A DNA stretch of 64,000 nucleotides from Octopus vulgaris. Lineage: Eukaryota. Where the stretch lies: positions 85,498,001 through 85,562,000 of the forward strand of contig OX597823.1 in the NCBI GenBank assembly GCA_951406725.2. The letters run 5' to 3'. Numbering within the stretch: the stretch's first letter is position 1; every line of letters starts with the position of its first letter. Position numbers and translations under genes: made by a program. Below are positions 49,646 to 63,687 of this stretch, in pieces. Under the pieces are notes generated by a model. The model made no database searches, was not told the origin of the DNA, and saw only the letters and a program-made list of their open reading frames with translations.

Positions 49646-51242
49646 TTGTACCGCTTTCCTAATACTTTCGCTTAAACATATGTCGATGCCCTCGCTTTTC
49701 TGCTTAAATACACAAATATATATTAAGTAATGCTGTCTGTAAAACTATAATTTTGTTTTTGTGTGATTGTTTTGTTAACTCATGCGTTTGCTCTCGTTTC
49801 TTTTCACACTGAATACTTAAATTTTTTTCCTTTAGCTTGAAAAAATCCTGATGTCACGCTTCAAGATATTCTATTTGTGCACTTCAAATTTAAGCCTTAC
49901 TTTTTCTTTATTTAAAAGAAACGCATTTTAATGAGTTTCATGGTATACACCCATTTAGGTAGTGCGTGCTTTCTTTATTTATTTCTTTCAGATGTTCTCA
50001 GTAACTTCGTTTCACGAAGTAATTTATTACCTTCGACACTAACAATATATGTACAATCACCCTTTGTGTTGTATTTGTACACGAAGAGAGGTAGAATGAA
50101 AAACACCTGAAAGTCAACTAATTGCTCTTCAGCTGCTTTTCGTTATTATTTTGCTTCACGCTCTATAAGCAAGCACAAAATAGTTATTATGAACATAATA
50201 ACAGTAAATAAAACGATGGTGACCATACCGTGAAACTACGAATGAAAGCGAGAGAAAAGGGAATGAAAGAAAAGAATAAAAGAATAGAGTGAAATACAAT
50301 TCATGAAAGATTTCTTCTTTTGATCACACGTTATTTGGAAAATGCTTTGGGCAACGAATAGTAATTTAAATGAGAAACATTTATTACATTGAAGAAATGT
50401 CTGTCTGAAAAGAATATTTAGTTGCGGACTAAATGCTTATCAGAAACAAATCAATATCATTTAACACAAAGATTAATTACTAAAGTGTTATGTCATAGAA
50501 GAAAATTAATAAAAATAAAAAGAGGACGACAGTGGAGTCGATGCTGCGCCGACAATAAAAATAAACGCCTAGCAATATTTGTTTAGACACCTTTGTATTT
50601 TGATAATCAAATCCTGCAGGGTTGAGTTCGCCTTTTATCTTTTCGGAGATCGATAAAACAGTTGGAAGTCAAGCATTTGGGGTCAATAAAATCGAATTCA
50701 GCCACTCCTAAATTGTTTGGTCTTGTGCCTTAGATGTAAAAGAAAAACAAAATCACAATATTACGTCAATAAATGATTAAAAAAGGGAGAAAGCAAACAC
50801 AAAAATAGATAATAATGAGAAATTGTTCGATGTGGCGAAGGAAAGTATAACTAGGACAAACTGACTCGATTTAGATATAGTACACAGAGACGTTGTTGTT
50901 TTCCTTTGGTTCACAAAAATTTCTATAATCAAAGTATCCAGCTGTGGAAATCACATCTTGTTAAAAATGACTATCAAACGTATATTTTCCTTCTTTAAGA
51001 CAGAAGAGTGAATTGAAAGAAATTGCTGCTAGTTTCAGCAAGTCGAGTAACCTCTTACTCTTGCATGAAAAAAATGGAATTGACTTAAAAACTGTTATAA
51101 CTTCTCAGGGTTTATAGCAAATCACGTTGTACCCATATTTTATTTCCTAATCGAAACGAGTCACCTACGGAAGCAAACAAACTTGGGTAAAGAGTAAGAC
51201 TACATATATCTATTTTAAATAAATAACACCGTAGCAGTGGAT

Positions 51243-51420
51243 ATCCGTTGTTTGACGATGACTATTGAATTGTTCGGTCAAGTGAATTATCTGCCCTTGA
51301 ATCAACATAGAGATAGCTGAGTAGTTCACAGACACAGTGTACCCATAACATAATCAGTAGTCAGCGAAGGTGTCAAAGAGTATTTGACAACATCGTACCT
51401 TTTGAATTACAAGTACAAAA
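51243..51420 (-). mobile_element. Highly diverged family B tail type 2 fragment
   Basis: gacgatga..gctgagta.ttcacagacac.gtgtaccc.taac..tttgaattacaagtaca aligns by eye to 42155-42330. Confidence 0.55.
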
Positions 51421-51733
51421 CACAGCAGGTTGCTATATAGCTTTTGTGTACCTATTGAATGACGAAGACTTGCAGCGTAGTGAGATCGCGCTTATTTGCT
51501 TATTTCTTTTATATCATATATCAAAAGTATATCAAAGTCTATTTATACTTTCACCCTAATGACATACTTATAGTTCAATTTCAGTCTTTTATTGAGAAAT
51601 TCCTCACAGAGACTCTTTTCGATTAACCCTGTCGAGAATGCATGATCTTTTTTAACACATACACGCACGTGCGCGAGCACAAACAAGTACGTACAGATAT
51701 TTGTTCACTTATGCGTCTGGATATATATATATA

Positions 51734-51769
<36 letters not shown>

Positions 51770-52409
51770 GATAATATTATATAACTTGGTTTAAGAAGAG
51801 ACAAAATTTAGATAATCATCCTATAGTTATGATTTACATCAACTTAATATATACATATAACACGATATATACACCAAGACAAGGAACATATGAATATATT
51901 GTTTACAGAAGTAGTATTCTTAAGATTATGAACTTGGAACAGTAAAAGGCATGTTATTACACTAGGAAAAGTTCAGGACAAGTTATTATATCTGGTGAAG
52001 AACAGAACAAGAAAATTTTAACTTGATATATTGCAGCTGAGGATAAAATTTCAAATAAAATATTTAGATTTATAAAATATTAGTTTTTATTAAAACTAAA
52101 AATTTTATTAAAAGTTATTACTTCTATTCGTTATTATTTGTTACTTGTATAAGAAATAAAAAGTAACTCAATTAAAATATTTTTTGCACGTTAAGAGTTC
52201 ATTTTTTACTTATTGATTAATGATTAGAAATTTGAAAATAGGTTATAAAGAATAATAGTAGTACATAATCAGCACAATAAATACAATAATAGAAAAATTA
52301 GTTATATATAACAGTAAAATCTACCTATAACAACAAATTCACAGTAAATCTACGGATAACAACAGGTAACCTAAATTGCGCCGTTGTTTTACTCATCTAT
52401 TTATGCATT

Positions 52410-52633
52410 TATGTATATGTCTGTTTCTCTGCTTGTCCCTCTCTATCTCTTGACGACCGATTTTGGTGTTTTACGTCCCCATAACTTAGCGTTTCGGTTA
52501 AAGAAACCGATAGGATAAGTACTAGGCATACAAAGAATAAGTGCTGGAGTCGATTTGTTCCACTAAAGCCGGTGCTCCAGCATGGTCACAGTTAAATGAC
52601 TGGAGCAAGTGAAAGAGTAAAAGAATAAAAGAA
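52410..52633 (+). mobile_element. SINE family A 3' half
   Basis: gacgaccga..tacgtccccataacttagcg..ggtgctccagcatgg..aaagagtaaaagaat. Confidence 0.85.
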
Positions 52634-55199
52634 TCAATATGTAGGACAGACAAATATGGCACTTAGACGGAGAACCACACTACATAAGGGACCGATCCAT
52701 CTCCCACAGTACAGACAGATTCCTTTCAGTGAAACAGAGATATGCAGGTATTATCCAACCAAATTTCAGTTTTCCCCATCTACTAGAACAAAGAAACAAT
52801 TTCTGTAATTGTATGTTTAAACAATCAAATATATGTTTATCGAAAAATACCATATCTCTAAATATGTACATATAACCAATTTTAGCTCATGTTCACATGC
52901 TCATTGCTGTAAATATTTTATCTCACTACTTTAGCTTTTGAGTTTTTGTATATTTATTTATCTCTTCCTCAAAATATGAGCCATTACCACCCCTGTTCGG
53001 AATAATAAGGAACACCATTTACCTCCCCTTAGATTTTTCTACTTGTTGAATTATTTCATTTACAAACTCCCATACCCAACATGGACTAAAATCCTCTTGC
53101 GAAAATGCGAAATTACAGTAATTCCAATGTCATGATTAGCGAAAGCAAAACCGGTCGACAAGCACAACAATCTTTCACTAATAAAATCTATTTAAAATTA
53201 TATTAAAACTCGTAAATTGTGTGCATTTTCCTTCTTTTATTTTATATAATCATTGCATTACAACTCATCATGTGTGGATAATCGATATTCTCATACCTTT
53301 TTCTTATTATATATAGAAAGGAACTGAACGAGGAGCCATGAGGTTGGGAGAGAAAGCTTCTTACCACCCAGCCACGCCTATATACTATCTCTGTGAATTA
53401 TTATATACTGTATATATGTGTGTGCGTACCTCATTTTCTCTCTCCACCCCCTCTATCTCTGTACATATATATGTGTATGTGTTTTTGCTGGTGTGTGTAT
53501 CCGTGTGTGTGTATGCGTGTGCGTGTGTGAGTGTGTGTTTGTGTGTATTTGCACATGCATAGATAACCGAATGTATTTAAATCTACATTAAATACATTCG
53601 GCTCTATGTATAAGTGTACATATATCTAAGAATTCTTTAGAGAAACTTATTTATTTTCAAACGTATATATTTACAGATAAATAGAAAACAAACAGTTTTT
53701 CTGAACACAAAATCAATATTGTTCGAAATGGCTTTGTTGTTTGCTTGTATAAATGACCTTTAATGTAACAGTCGATGTAATAGAATATTAACAAGATGAC
53801 TAAGCACATTGCATAATACCGGCTAACTGCTCCTGATTTTTTTTCTTTTATTCCTAAATGAAAATTTTCCGCCCTTCATTTTACAGCTAACTGACTAAGC
53901 AATCTGTACTGAATATAAGTCAACGTTCGTTAAAGCAAACACTGTCTTGAGAAGTCCACACAGCAGTACTATGTCTCTGTATTATTAAGAATAAAATATG
54001 AATAAATAATGAGGTGAGTATTTATTCCAGCAATCCGAACGTAAATTTGCTAGTCGCTGCCTATGAACACTTTGTTTTGATTACAGCAGTGCGTTCATAA
54101 AGCACTCGGTTCATTTTGCGAAGGATTCTGGTGCATTGGTCTTTCGCCATGTTCTCTCTCGCCAGCCAGTACGGTCTGAGCTTTGAACGCAAGCAAAACG
54201 CCGGCTTTGTTTATAATTTCAGCAAACAAACTGTTTGTTGATCAGTGCTGATCTCTGCAAACTGGTATGAAAAATCGTGGTTGCACAGTGTATAGCGAAA
54301 TATGAAATGAGCATTTGCTTATATTCATTCTTCATACGCTTCAGCAGTCTCATACTAAAAAACGCTCGTTCCTGATGCGTACGTCACAGGGAAGCAACTC
54401 ATCTTTTCACAACGACAATGTTTTCATAACAGGCTAGGTTCATAGAAGCAAGAGATTATGGGACACCAGTCTCTCGACATGCTGTGTCTCATCAAACAAA
54501 ATTCCCTAAACATTTAAGCCTACACAAGGTGGTGTCCTAGTTTATAATTTCAGTGAACAGTTTCTGTGACGTACACAGCAAAACTTAGCTTACTTGTGTT
54601 TGAATCTGCTGTAATTTATTAAGATTAAATATACTGTACACGGGAAAAATAACGATATTTGATATATATAAATTAGCATTATACGTGCTGTGTTGAGTTT
54701 TTATCTACCCTTTCCTCTATAGCGGAGTTTTTCTCGCTAAGCCTTGAATTCATGTGTTAGGATTATTAAGTTGCCCTCAAGATTTGGCGCAGAATCTCAG
54801 GGCATTTTCATTCGTTTGTTGTCAATTTATATTTAGCGTCACAATATATTATGGCAAATAACTGCCATTTTCTGCGGTGTCAAAACATTAATTCTTTGCC
54901 GCATGCTTAGAAACGCCTCTCGAGTGTTCTTTCAGAGTAACAGCGCGAATATAAGTTGTTAATTTTCTATTTGATTTTGTGATAATCATGTTATTTGCAT
55001 TTTTAGTATATATCTCTCTCTCTCTTTCTCTCTCTGTCTCTTTCTCTCTCTCAGTTACTTTCCGTATGTTTATTTCTGAATAATAACTAACATCCGAAAC
55101 AAGGTCAAGACTCAGCACTCATTTGGACTTCTGAATTTAAAAAATAATATTATGTTTGTTACACGTTCTTTCTGTGTATACACACACGGTATGTGTACA

Positions 55200-55453
55200 G
55201 GCGGCGAGCTGGCAGAATCGTTAGTAAGGTGGTGAGCTGGCAGAAACGTTAGCACACCGGGCAAAATGCTTAGCAGTATTTCGTCTGCTGCTACGTTCTG
55301 AGTTCAAATTCCGCCGAGGTCGTCTTTGCCTTTCATCCTTTCGGGGTCGATTAAATAAGTACCAGTTACGCACTGGGGTCGATGTAATCGATTTAATCCG
55401 TTTGTATGTCCTTGTTTGTCCGTTCTGTGTGTAGCCCCTTGTGGGTAGTAAAG
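55200..55453 (+). mobile_element. SINE family C (long tail) with duplicated first ~27 bp
   Basis: ggcggcgagctggcagaatcgttagtaa ggtggtgagctggcagaaacgttagcac... Confidence 0.9.
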
Positions 55454-55512
55454 ATTTATATATACACACACACGCACATACACACAAGCACTCACACACA
55501 CACACACATATA

Positions 55513-56025
55513 TCTATATATATAAAACTGTAGTTGTGTGAGTGTCTGTCCCCTTCGATTTAGATTCCTAACTACTCCCACATTTTGCGGTGCAGTTTAA
55601 CCAAATTCGGGTATCTTATAGTCGTGATTCATATCGAGCCCGTCTGAGTATTAGCGCGCGTCTACGATGAGTCTACGATTTTAAAAATAATCTAACATAA
55701 TTTTTTATTCCATTTTAATGCATAATTTTCCGTGTGTCGATGGCGGCGGAGTTGGCGTTCATGGTCACGCCTGCAGCTGTGTTGCTTCTCCCCTTCTTCC
55801 CTCCCTCGTGAAGCTGTGGGGAAGGGAGTGTAAGGAAATCAACGTCGTAAAGCGTTGTCAAGGAGGCCAGCGTTCTTTTAGAACAACGACTTCATGGCTT
55901 GAAGACACCAAAACAGAAATGTCTAAGAAAGCCCGAATTGGCATCTATAAGGGAAGTAACTCTCTAAAAATTCTTATATAGTTATTTCCCTTACAAACCC
56001 GAGCAACGCCGGGCGATACTGCTAG
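55513..56025 (+). mobile_element. Complete non-autonomous Helitron (513 bp)
   Basis: A|TCTATATATATAAAACTG 5' end; 3' end CCCGagcaacgcCGGG cgatactg CTAG|T; inserted between A and T with no TSD. Confidence 0.88.
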
Positions 56026-56410
56026 TCCTTAATATGAATCGAAAATGAGCGAAGAGAGAATTAATGCCAGTGACGTCCATTTGATGAACTAAGACGAACA
56101 ATGACATTTGAAATACGACATGCTCGCGCACGCATATTCGAGTTTATTTGTGTGTACGCATGTACGTGGCCGTGCGTGTATAGGTTTGGTTATTCGAACG
56201 TGAAACAGAAATAGAACTAAAAACAAAATCCAGAATACCTACATACACATTGTTTATTTATAACCATTGAGTTCCATCAGTTACTCAGGAAAATCACTTA
56301 TCAAATTAAATCGCCTGACAGATTTTGCAGTAACGGCAAACATGTATATGCATACACACATGTATACAACCGTCAAACACATGCACACATGCATATCTAT
56401 TTGCGTGTGT

Positions 56411-56793
56411 TGGAGGCGCAATGGCCCAGTGGTTAGGGCAGCGGACTCGCGGTCGTAGGATCGCGGTTTCGATTCCCAGACCGGGCGTTGTGAGTGTTTA
56501 TAGAGCGAAAACACCTAAAGCTCCACGAGGCTCCGGCAGGGATGGTGGTGATCCCTGATGTACTCTTTCACTACAACTTTCTCTCACTCTTACTTCCTGT
56601 TTCTGTTGTACCTGTATTTCAAAGGGCCGGCCTTGTCACTCTCTGTGTCACGCTGAATATCCCCGAGAACTACGTTAAGGGTACACGTGTCTGTGGAGTG
56701 CTCAGCCACTTACACGTTAATTTCACGAGCAGGCTGTTCCGTTGATCGGATCAACCGGAACCCTCGTCGTCGTAACCGATGGAGTGCTTCCAC
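56411..56793 (+). mobile_element. SINE family B, tail type 2, full length
   Basis: tRNA-like head with A/B boxes; imperfect TSD atttgcgtgtgt / atttgtgcgtgt. Confidence 0.93.
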
Positions 56794-56849
56794 ATTTGTG
56801 CGTGTGTTTGTGTGTGTGTTTGTGTGTGTATTTATGCATTTATATGTCT

Positions 56850-57045
56850 TTTTTTGTTTCAGTCATTAGGTCGTGGCCTTGATGAGGCAAATCCATAGGC
56901 ATTTTTATGCGTAAGGGTCACCACTAGTACATTTTGTGAGCCTAGTACTTATTCTATCGGCTCCTTTTGCCGAACTGCTAAATTACGGGGACGTAAACAC
57001 ACCAATACCGGTTGTCAAGTTGTGATGCGAGACAAACACAAACAC
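56850..57045 (-). mobile_element. SINE family A 3' half, diverged
   Basis: cctagtacttattctatcgg..ttttgccgaac..ttacggggacgtaaacacacca. Confidence 0.8.
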
Positions 57046-57142
57046 GAAGATTCGTGCACGCACGTGCACACACACATACATACACATACTCACACACACA
57101 CACAACCACATTAACACGCACACACACACACAATCACATTAT

Positions 57143-57178
<36 letters not shown>

Positions 57179-57218
57179 CCTATCTATCTCTCTCTCTCTC
57201 ACACACACACAATCACAT

Positions 57219-57282
<64 letters not shown>

Positions 57283-58065
57283 GGTATCTCTCTCTCTCTC
57301 TCTCACATACACACACGCTCACGCATAAAAGTAGATGAAGGAATTCGAATAATCTACAGTTTCTGTCCCTGCGTCTCGTTTATTTTTCGAATGGTGATGC
57401 CGCGACATACAAGGTTTTAACAAAAGTTTTTTTCCAGGTAAAGGGAAACGAAATACCAATCGTAGATTGAAAGCGAACATTGCCTGCAACTAACTCTCTC
57501 CTTTGGCTTAACAATCCGTCTATATATCTCTCATAACATAAAGACTTTTATTATAAAAAGAATACACGAAATTTATAAGAAAAAATATGTCTGCCGTCAA
57601 ATATTTATTCCATTTTTGCATTTTTTTCCTTTTTATTTTTTTTATTTTGCTTGTTTTTTCCTTACTGTTTTTCTTAATTATACGTTGTTTAACAAATCTG
57701 TCCAGACGATTAACTTTTCCAACTCACGAAATAGATGTGTATATTGGTTCGATTCGTGACTGCTGCTCATGCAATGCGACTTAAGGCAACGTAAGAAACA
57801 GGATATATATCAGAGGCCTATGGGAAAATCGTGGCCAGGAATGACAGGAAACTAATAGTTAAAGAAAATCAATTCCATTCCTTGACTTAGAATTCGTAAT
57901 ATTTTTTCTTTATTTCTTACACAATTCTTTAAAACTATTTTCTTTTCTTTTTTATTTTTTTGCTTGGTTAGCGCGCCTATTATTTTTGCCAAATGGATAA
58001 AATCGTTTTCTGTGGTAAAGCTTCCTTCACTCCGCTTTCTGTTCATAATATCTTTAATCCTTAGA

Positions 58066-58560
58066 AGGCGGTGAGCTGGCAGAAACGTTAGCACGCCGGG
58101 CGATAACGCTTCACGGTATTCACTGTCTTTACGTTCTGAGTGCAAATTCCGCCGAGGCCGACTTTGCCTTTCGGGGTCGATAAATTAAGTACCAGTTACG
58201 CACTGAGGTCGATGTAATCGACTTAATCCCTTTGTCTTTCCTTGTTTGTCCACTCTATGTTTTGCTCCTTCTGGGCAGAAAGAAATAAGAAACGTTAGCA
58301 CGCCGGGCGAAATGCGTAGCCGTATTTCGTCTGCCGTTATGTTCTGAGTTCAAATTCCGCCGAGGTCGACTTTGCCTTTCATCCTTTCGGGGTCGATTAA
58401 ATGTACCAGTTACGCACTGGAGTCGATGTAATCGACTTATCTTTTTGTCTGTCCTTGTTTGTCCTCTCTGTGTTTAGTTCCTTGTGGGTAGTAAAGAAAT
58501 AGATATTTCGTCTGCTGCTACGTTCTGAGTTCAAATTTCGCGAAATGCTTAGCTTCTTAC
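58066..58560 (+). mobile_element. SINE family C multimer (two units plus partial third)
   Basis: Junctions aagaaata|agaaacgttagc (~58288) and aagaaatag|atatttcg (~58502). Confidence 0.88.
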
Positions 58561-59398
58561 CGCATAGCAACTCCTGCGCATATATGCGCATTCCGAGTTC
58601 TGTCCATGGTCCAGTGTTTTCAAATATATGAAAACCTCGAGTGTGGATATCGTACACAAAAATCGAAAGCCCGCCGCGTATATAAATGCGTGTGCGTGCG
58701 TTCGCGTGCGCGCCTTTGTCTATGTGTTTTCCCCGATATCACAACCACTTGGCAACTGGTGTTGGTTTGTTTACGTCTCTGTAACTTAGTAGTTCGGCTA
58801 ATAATGATAAAAATAATAATAATAATAGTAATAATAATGATAAAAATAATAATGATAATAATTATAATGGTAATGATGAAGAAGAATATGAAGAAAACGA
58901 AACAAATTGTACAATAAGGTTTGCTTCAATACAGTTATACAAAGGACATATAATATACAAAAAGATGCTAAATGTAGACACAAATTCGTGATCATTGCTT
59001 TTTTATTGACGGAAAGAAAAAGAAGCAAAACCGAAACCAGAGAAGTTACTTAAGAAAAGAACAAAGCCGTGGTTGAAATAAGAAACAGATGAAAGAAAAA
59101 AAAAGAAATTATAAAGAAATATATAATTTTAAAATATGAAGAAAGAACCTTCAAATAGCTGAAAGAAATTTTCTAAAAATCTAGCCTGAATTCAATTAAT
59201 GTAACAATGTATGGTGTTGTGCGATAAAAGAATTCGTGGTGATTGCGGGTAGCGATTTATAGCAATTATTTGGTTTCTATTCGCTTTATCTTATTTCGTT
59301 GCTACATTTTGTTCTTATTTCTGCCCCGCTTTTGTATTCCTAGCCAGCGTATCATGCTCTGTTGGTGTGTTTTTATTTCACATATACATACATACATT

Positions 59399-59458
<60 letters not shown>

Positions 59459-59459
59459 A

Positions 59460-59505
<46 letters not shown>

Positions 59506-59730
59506 ATATATATATATGTGTGTGTGTATGTATATATATATATAGATTATATATATATACACACATTCACAACATTTTACATATATATATACTAATACAC
59601 ACACATATGTATATATATCTATCCACATTATAGGCATACATTCATTATATATATAAATATATATATATGTTTTATGCAATATATATATATATACCCATTA
59701 TATGCATACACCCATTGTGTATATATATAA

Positions 59731-59786
<56 letters not shown>

Positions 59787-60459
59787 CAAGGTTTTCTTTG
59801 ATTACTCACTATATTTTCGTTGGTGTAAAGAAATACATAGTTTTATAATGTTCATAGAGAAGTGACAGGTGTAAATGAAGGGGAAATAGCTTCAACTGCG
59901 AATCGAATTCAATGGACAAGCGCTTCTCGCCGGGAAGATGCGTCTTGCTCAACGGTATTCGTCACGTAAAATGAGATCTATGTATTACATTTTTTTATTA
60001 TTTCTATTCAGATTCACAAGGCATGAAACCCACATATTTATGTAGGAGGAAATATGGAACGCTAAGTTATTCGTGAATCTCCCCAGGGTAGAATCAGCGG
60101 AAGTAGAATGAATTTGCTTAAAATGAGAACCAAAACCGCATAGAAACGAAACTGCTACGGAAAATCGAGAAAGATATATTGATGTTTCTAGAGTGTTAAC
60201 AAATACTCTCCACGAGTAATAGAGAAGGGAAGGAAAATCTGGAAATGCATTTTCTTGTCCTTTTAAAGGCATCATCGGCGTCAAAATAAAGTGGACTTGT
60301 CTTAAATAGGAGCTGAAACTTGGTCAGTTGATTCTCTGACACATTGTCGTATTCTCAAATCATTTAAGACCAACAGAGTTAGTGTCTAACAGTCACAAGA
60401 TGAATGTAGTTTTAGGATAGACCTATTATCAACTGAATTGACTACAATGTTGTAAGTCT

Positions 60460-60680
60460 TGAAGGTAGCGACTTGACAGAATCGTCAGCACGCCGGGGAA
60501 AATGTTTAACAGCATTTCGTCCGTATTTATGCTTAAAGTTCAAATTCCGCCGAGGTTGGCTTTGCCTTTCTTCCTTTCAGGGTCAATAACAAAATGGCAC
60601 CAGTTGAGCACTGGCATCGATACCATTGACTTAACTTCTGACTCAAAATTGCTGATTTTTGCCAAAATTTGTGACTAATA
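60460..60680 (+). mobile_element. SINE family C monomer (short tail)
   Basis: Matches the family C pattern. Confidence 0.78.
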
Positions 60681-61894
60681 CTGTTACTCTTCCTTATTCA
60701 GTTGACATCGAAGCAAAATGAAATGTTTCAACGCTCCAAGTAACATTCGATATCAAAATTCAGAAAACTAAGCACTAAATGATATCAGAAATTTAGTCTG
60801 AGTTTCTAAAACTTCTGACGACTTATTGCCCTCCATCCCACTCCATTGTGAAGCCACTGACGACTCATCATCAAGTTGTAGGTTTTAATTTCAATAAAAG
60901 CTGTCCCAAAATATGCCATTGTCGAATGTCTTTTAGATACGAACTAAAGATCACAATTCCTTTCTAATGATTATGTCTTTACAGTTGTTTATCTTGCATA
61001 AACAAATACATCAGCTAAAGATATTCACTACACTTTAGTTAATAAAGGAGGTGCTTCAGCATGGCCACAGTCAAATGACTGAAACAAGTAAAAGAGTAAA
61101 AGAGTAATTAACCTTAAAATGTAGATAATTAACGCCATATTGTGGAATAATGTATTGCTCAATTACTTTCAAGAAATTATTGTTAAGTTTAGGTAGACCC
61201 TAACTGAGCAGACATGTTGTCAGAAATATTTCTGAAGAGGCTATATCATCTTTGTCGCAGACATTTTAAACCAAGCACTGTATTTTCCAGTGTCACCATT
61301 GTTACATTCTATCGTTCATAAAATGTAATTCGAAGAGTATTTCGGTACTAACTGTAACCGTTTTAATGGACATATAACTTAATGGTTTCAAGATTGTTAA
61401 AATACGTATTCCACAAAAGAGTGGCAATGATTTTAGATATTAAAGCCGCCGCAGAGTACTAGAGTCGTCTTTAATTCTTCTACCTTAACATCTACATGGT
61501 CATGTTTCATAAGAAACAACAGAATTAGGGAAAGAATTATTGGAGGAATATTTCATTTCCGTGAAAAAGGATTAGAAGAATCTTTCAGCAGTAACACAGA
61601 ATGAAGCTACAGCAGTATAGAAGATGGTGCTTTAGACGGAGGGAAAATTGTTGAGAAGATCAAAAACTTTGTATAACAGACTGTTTTCTTTTCTATCTTT
61701 GCATCACTTTGTGATGCACTGGTGATCAGAATATAACTGGTATGAAACATTAAAATATGAAATATGAAACATTAAAACAAAATTCTTTATGTGATGGACA
61801 TCAGGTTTAGAAATAAAGTTCTAATGTAGCTTGAACAGTAGAGATAGGTAAGGAAATGTGGAAAATTCACATCCGATAAAAACATAGTTGCGGT

Positions 61895-62310
61895 AGGCAG
61901 CGAGCTGGGAGAAACGGTAGCACGCCGGGCGAAATGCTTAGCAGTATTTCGTCTGCCGTTACGTTCTGAGTTCAAATTCCGTCGAGGTCGACTTTGCTTT
62001 TCATCCTTTCGGGGTCGATAAATTAAGTACCAGTTACGCACTGGGGTCCTTATAAGCGACTTAATCTGTTTGTCTGTCTTTGTTTGTCCTCTCTGTGTTT
62101 AGCCCCTTATGGGTAGTAAAGAAATAGGTATTTCGTCTGCCGTTGTTCTGAGTTCAAATTCCGCCGAGGTCGACTTTGCCTTTCATCCTTTCGGGGTCGA
62201 TTAGATAAGTACCAGTTACGCACTGGGGTCGATATAATGGACTTAGTCCGTTTGGCTGTCCTTGTTTGTCCCCTCTATGTTTAGCCCCTTGTGGGTAGTA
62301 AAGAAATAGG
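61895..62310 (+). mobile_element. SINE family C dimer
   Basis: Junction aagaaatag|gtatttcg at ~62127. Confidence 0.9.
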
Positions 62311-62589
62311 TTTGTGATATAATTGAAAGTAATAAGTATGCCTTAACTTGATGTGAATATAGGAATATTTGTTAATAGGGAATGTATTTAGAAGCTTTGT
62401 AGAATTGCTTGTTGTTTAATGATTTGCAAGAAAAGTTACGTGCAACAGTCTGTGGAAGATTAGATGAAGTTTTAACGGCCACCAATTTTATGAAAAGCAT
62501 ACTAGGGTTAACATTCGAACCACTTATTTGCAGAAACGTATGAAACTACACTGCAGAATTTGTGGATGTGCTTAAAGTTGGACCGCAAC

Positions 62590-62805
62590 CGGCGAGCTGG
62601 CAGAATTATTAGAACGTCGGAAGAAATGTGGAGCGGCACTCACTCTAGCTAGTTAGGTTCAATGTTCAAATTGCGCCGAAGACATCTATGCGTTTCATTC
62701 TTTCAGCATCAATAAAATAAAGTATTAGTCAAAAACTAGGGTCAATGTAATGGACTTGTCTCCACCCTACAAGTTTGCTACCCTTGTACGGAAATACGAA
62801 ACCAT
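62590..62805 (+). mobile_element. SINE family C monomer, diverged
   Basis: ggcgagctggcagaat..gttcaaattgcgccga..tttcattctttc. Confidence 0.7.
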
Positions 62806-63019
62806 AATTGAGGTTGAATCGAAGTCCACGAGTATTTGGGTATACCATTAAGAATTAGACGCACAAAAAATTCCCAGAAATACTTATTGGCCCAAAGAAT
62901 TGTCACTCTTCACCAAAAAATTGATATTATAATAAATCATTTTTTGCTTCAGCATTCTCTTGTGAGAAATAAGCTGCACGATCATTCGCTTCAAAATTGG
63001 TTTTATCCATAACATATTG

Positions 63020-63232
63020 GTTTCAAATGTTGGCACAACACCGGCAATTTCAGGGGAGGGGATAAATCGATTACATCGAGCCCAGTGCTCAACTGGAACC
63101 TACTTTATCAATCTTGAAAAAATGAAAGGCAAAGCCAACCTCGGTGGAATTTGAACTCAGAACGTAAAGACAAACGACAGGCCGCTATGCATTTTGCCCG
63201 GCGTGCTAACATTTCTACCAGCTCACTGTCTT
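63020..63232 (-). mobile_element. SINE family C monomer (short tail)
   Basis: Matches the reverse complement of the family C pattern. Confidence 0.82.
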
Positions 63233-63687
63233 AATTCTATTACTAGCTTATTAAAAATCCATGGTAATTCAAATGCTTCAACACAAACTATACAAGTATT
63301 CTACATTTAAAGTTTGTTCCTCTATAGAAAGACTCAGCTGGAGATAATGAGTTGTTTTCAGCAAGTTAATTAATCAAATGATCATTTAACAAGATTTTAA
63401 TTACAACCTTTAATAGATAATTGCCTGAATTTATCTTTCACTTCATATATTCAAATTTCAGATTTCATTATCATCCTTCTAAAGATGATAAATTATACCA
63501 GTTATATTCTGAGCCGGATTTCCTCAATTGTAATCTCATCCACCTCACGTCGTCTCATTTATATTTATACTTTTGTACCAATAAGAGAAATCTGGGCAGC
63601 ATGAGTGTTTGCTCACTAGGGTGGTACTTTGACCAAAACTGTAGAACGGTGTACTAAATGCGTTACTAGAATTCTATATCCAGTCTT

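Noticed and set aside
54050-54600. Moderately GC-rich unique stretch, possible exon or conserved element
   Set aside because: No ORF, splice pattern or repeat boundaries can be supported from sequence alone.
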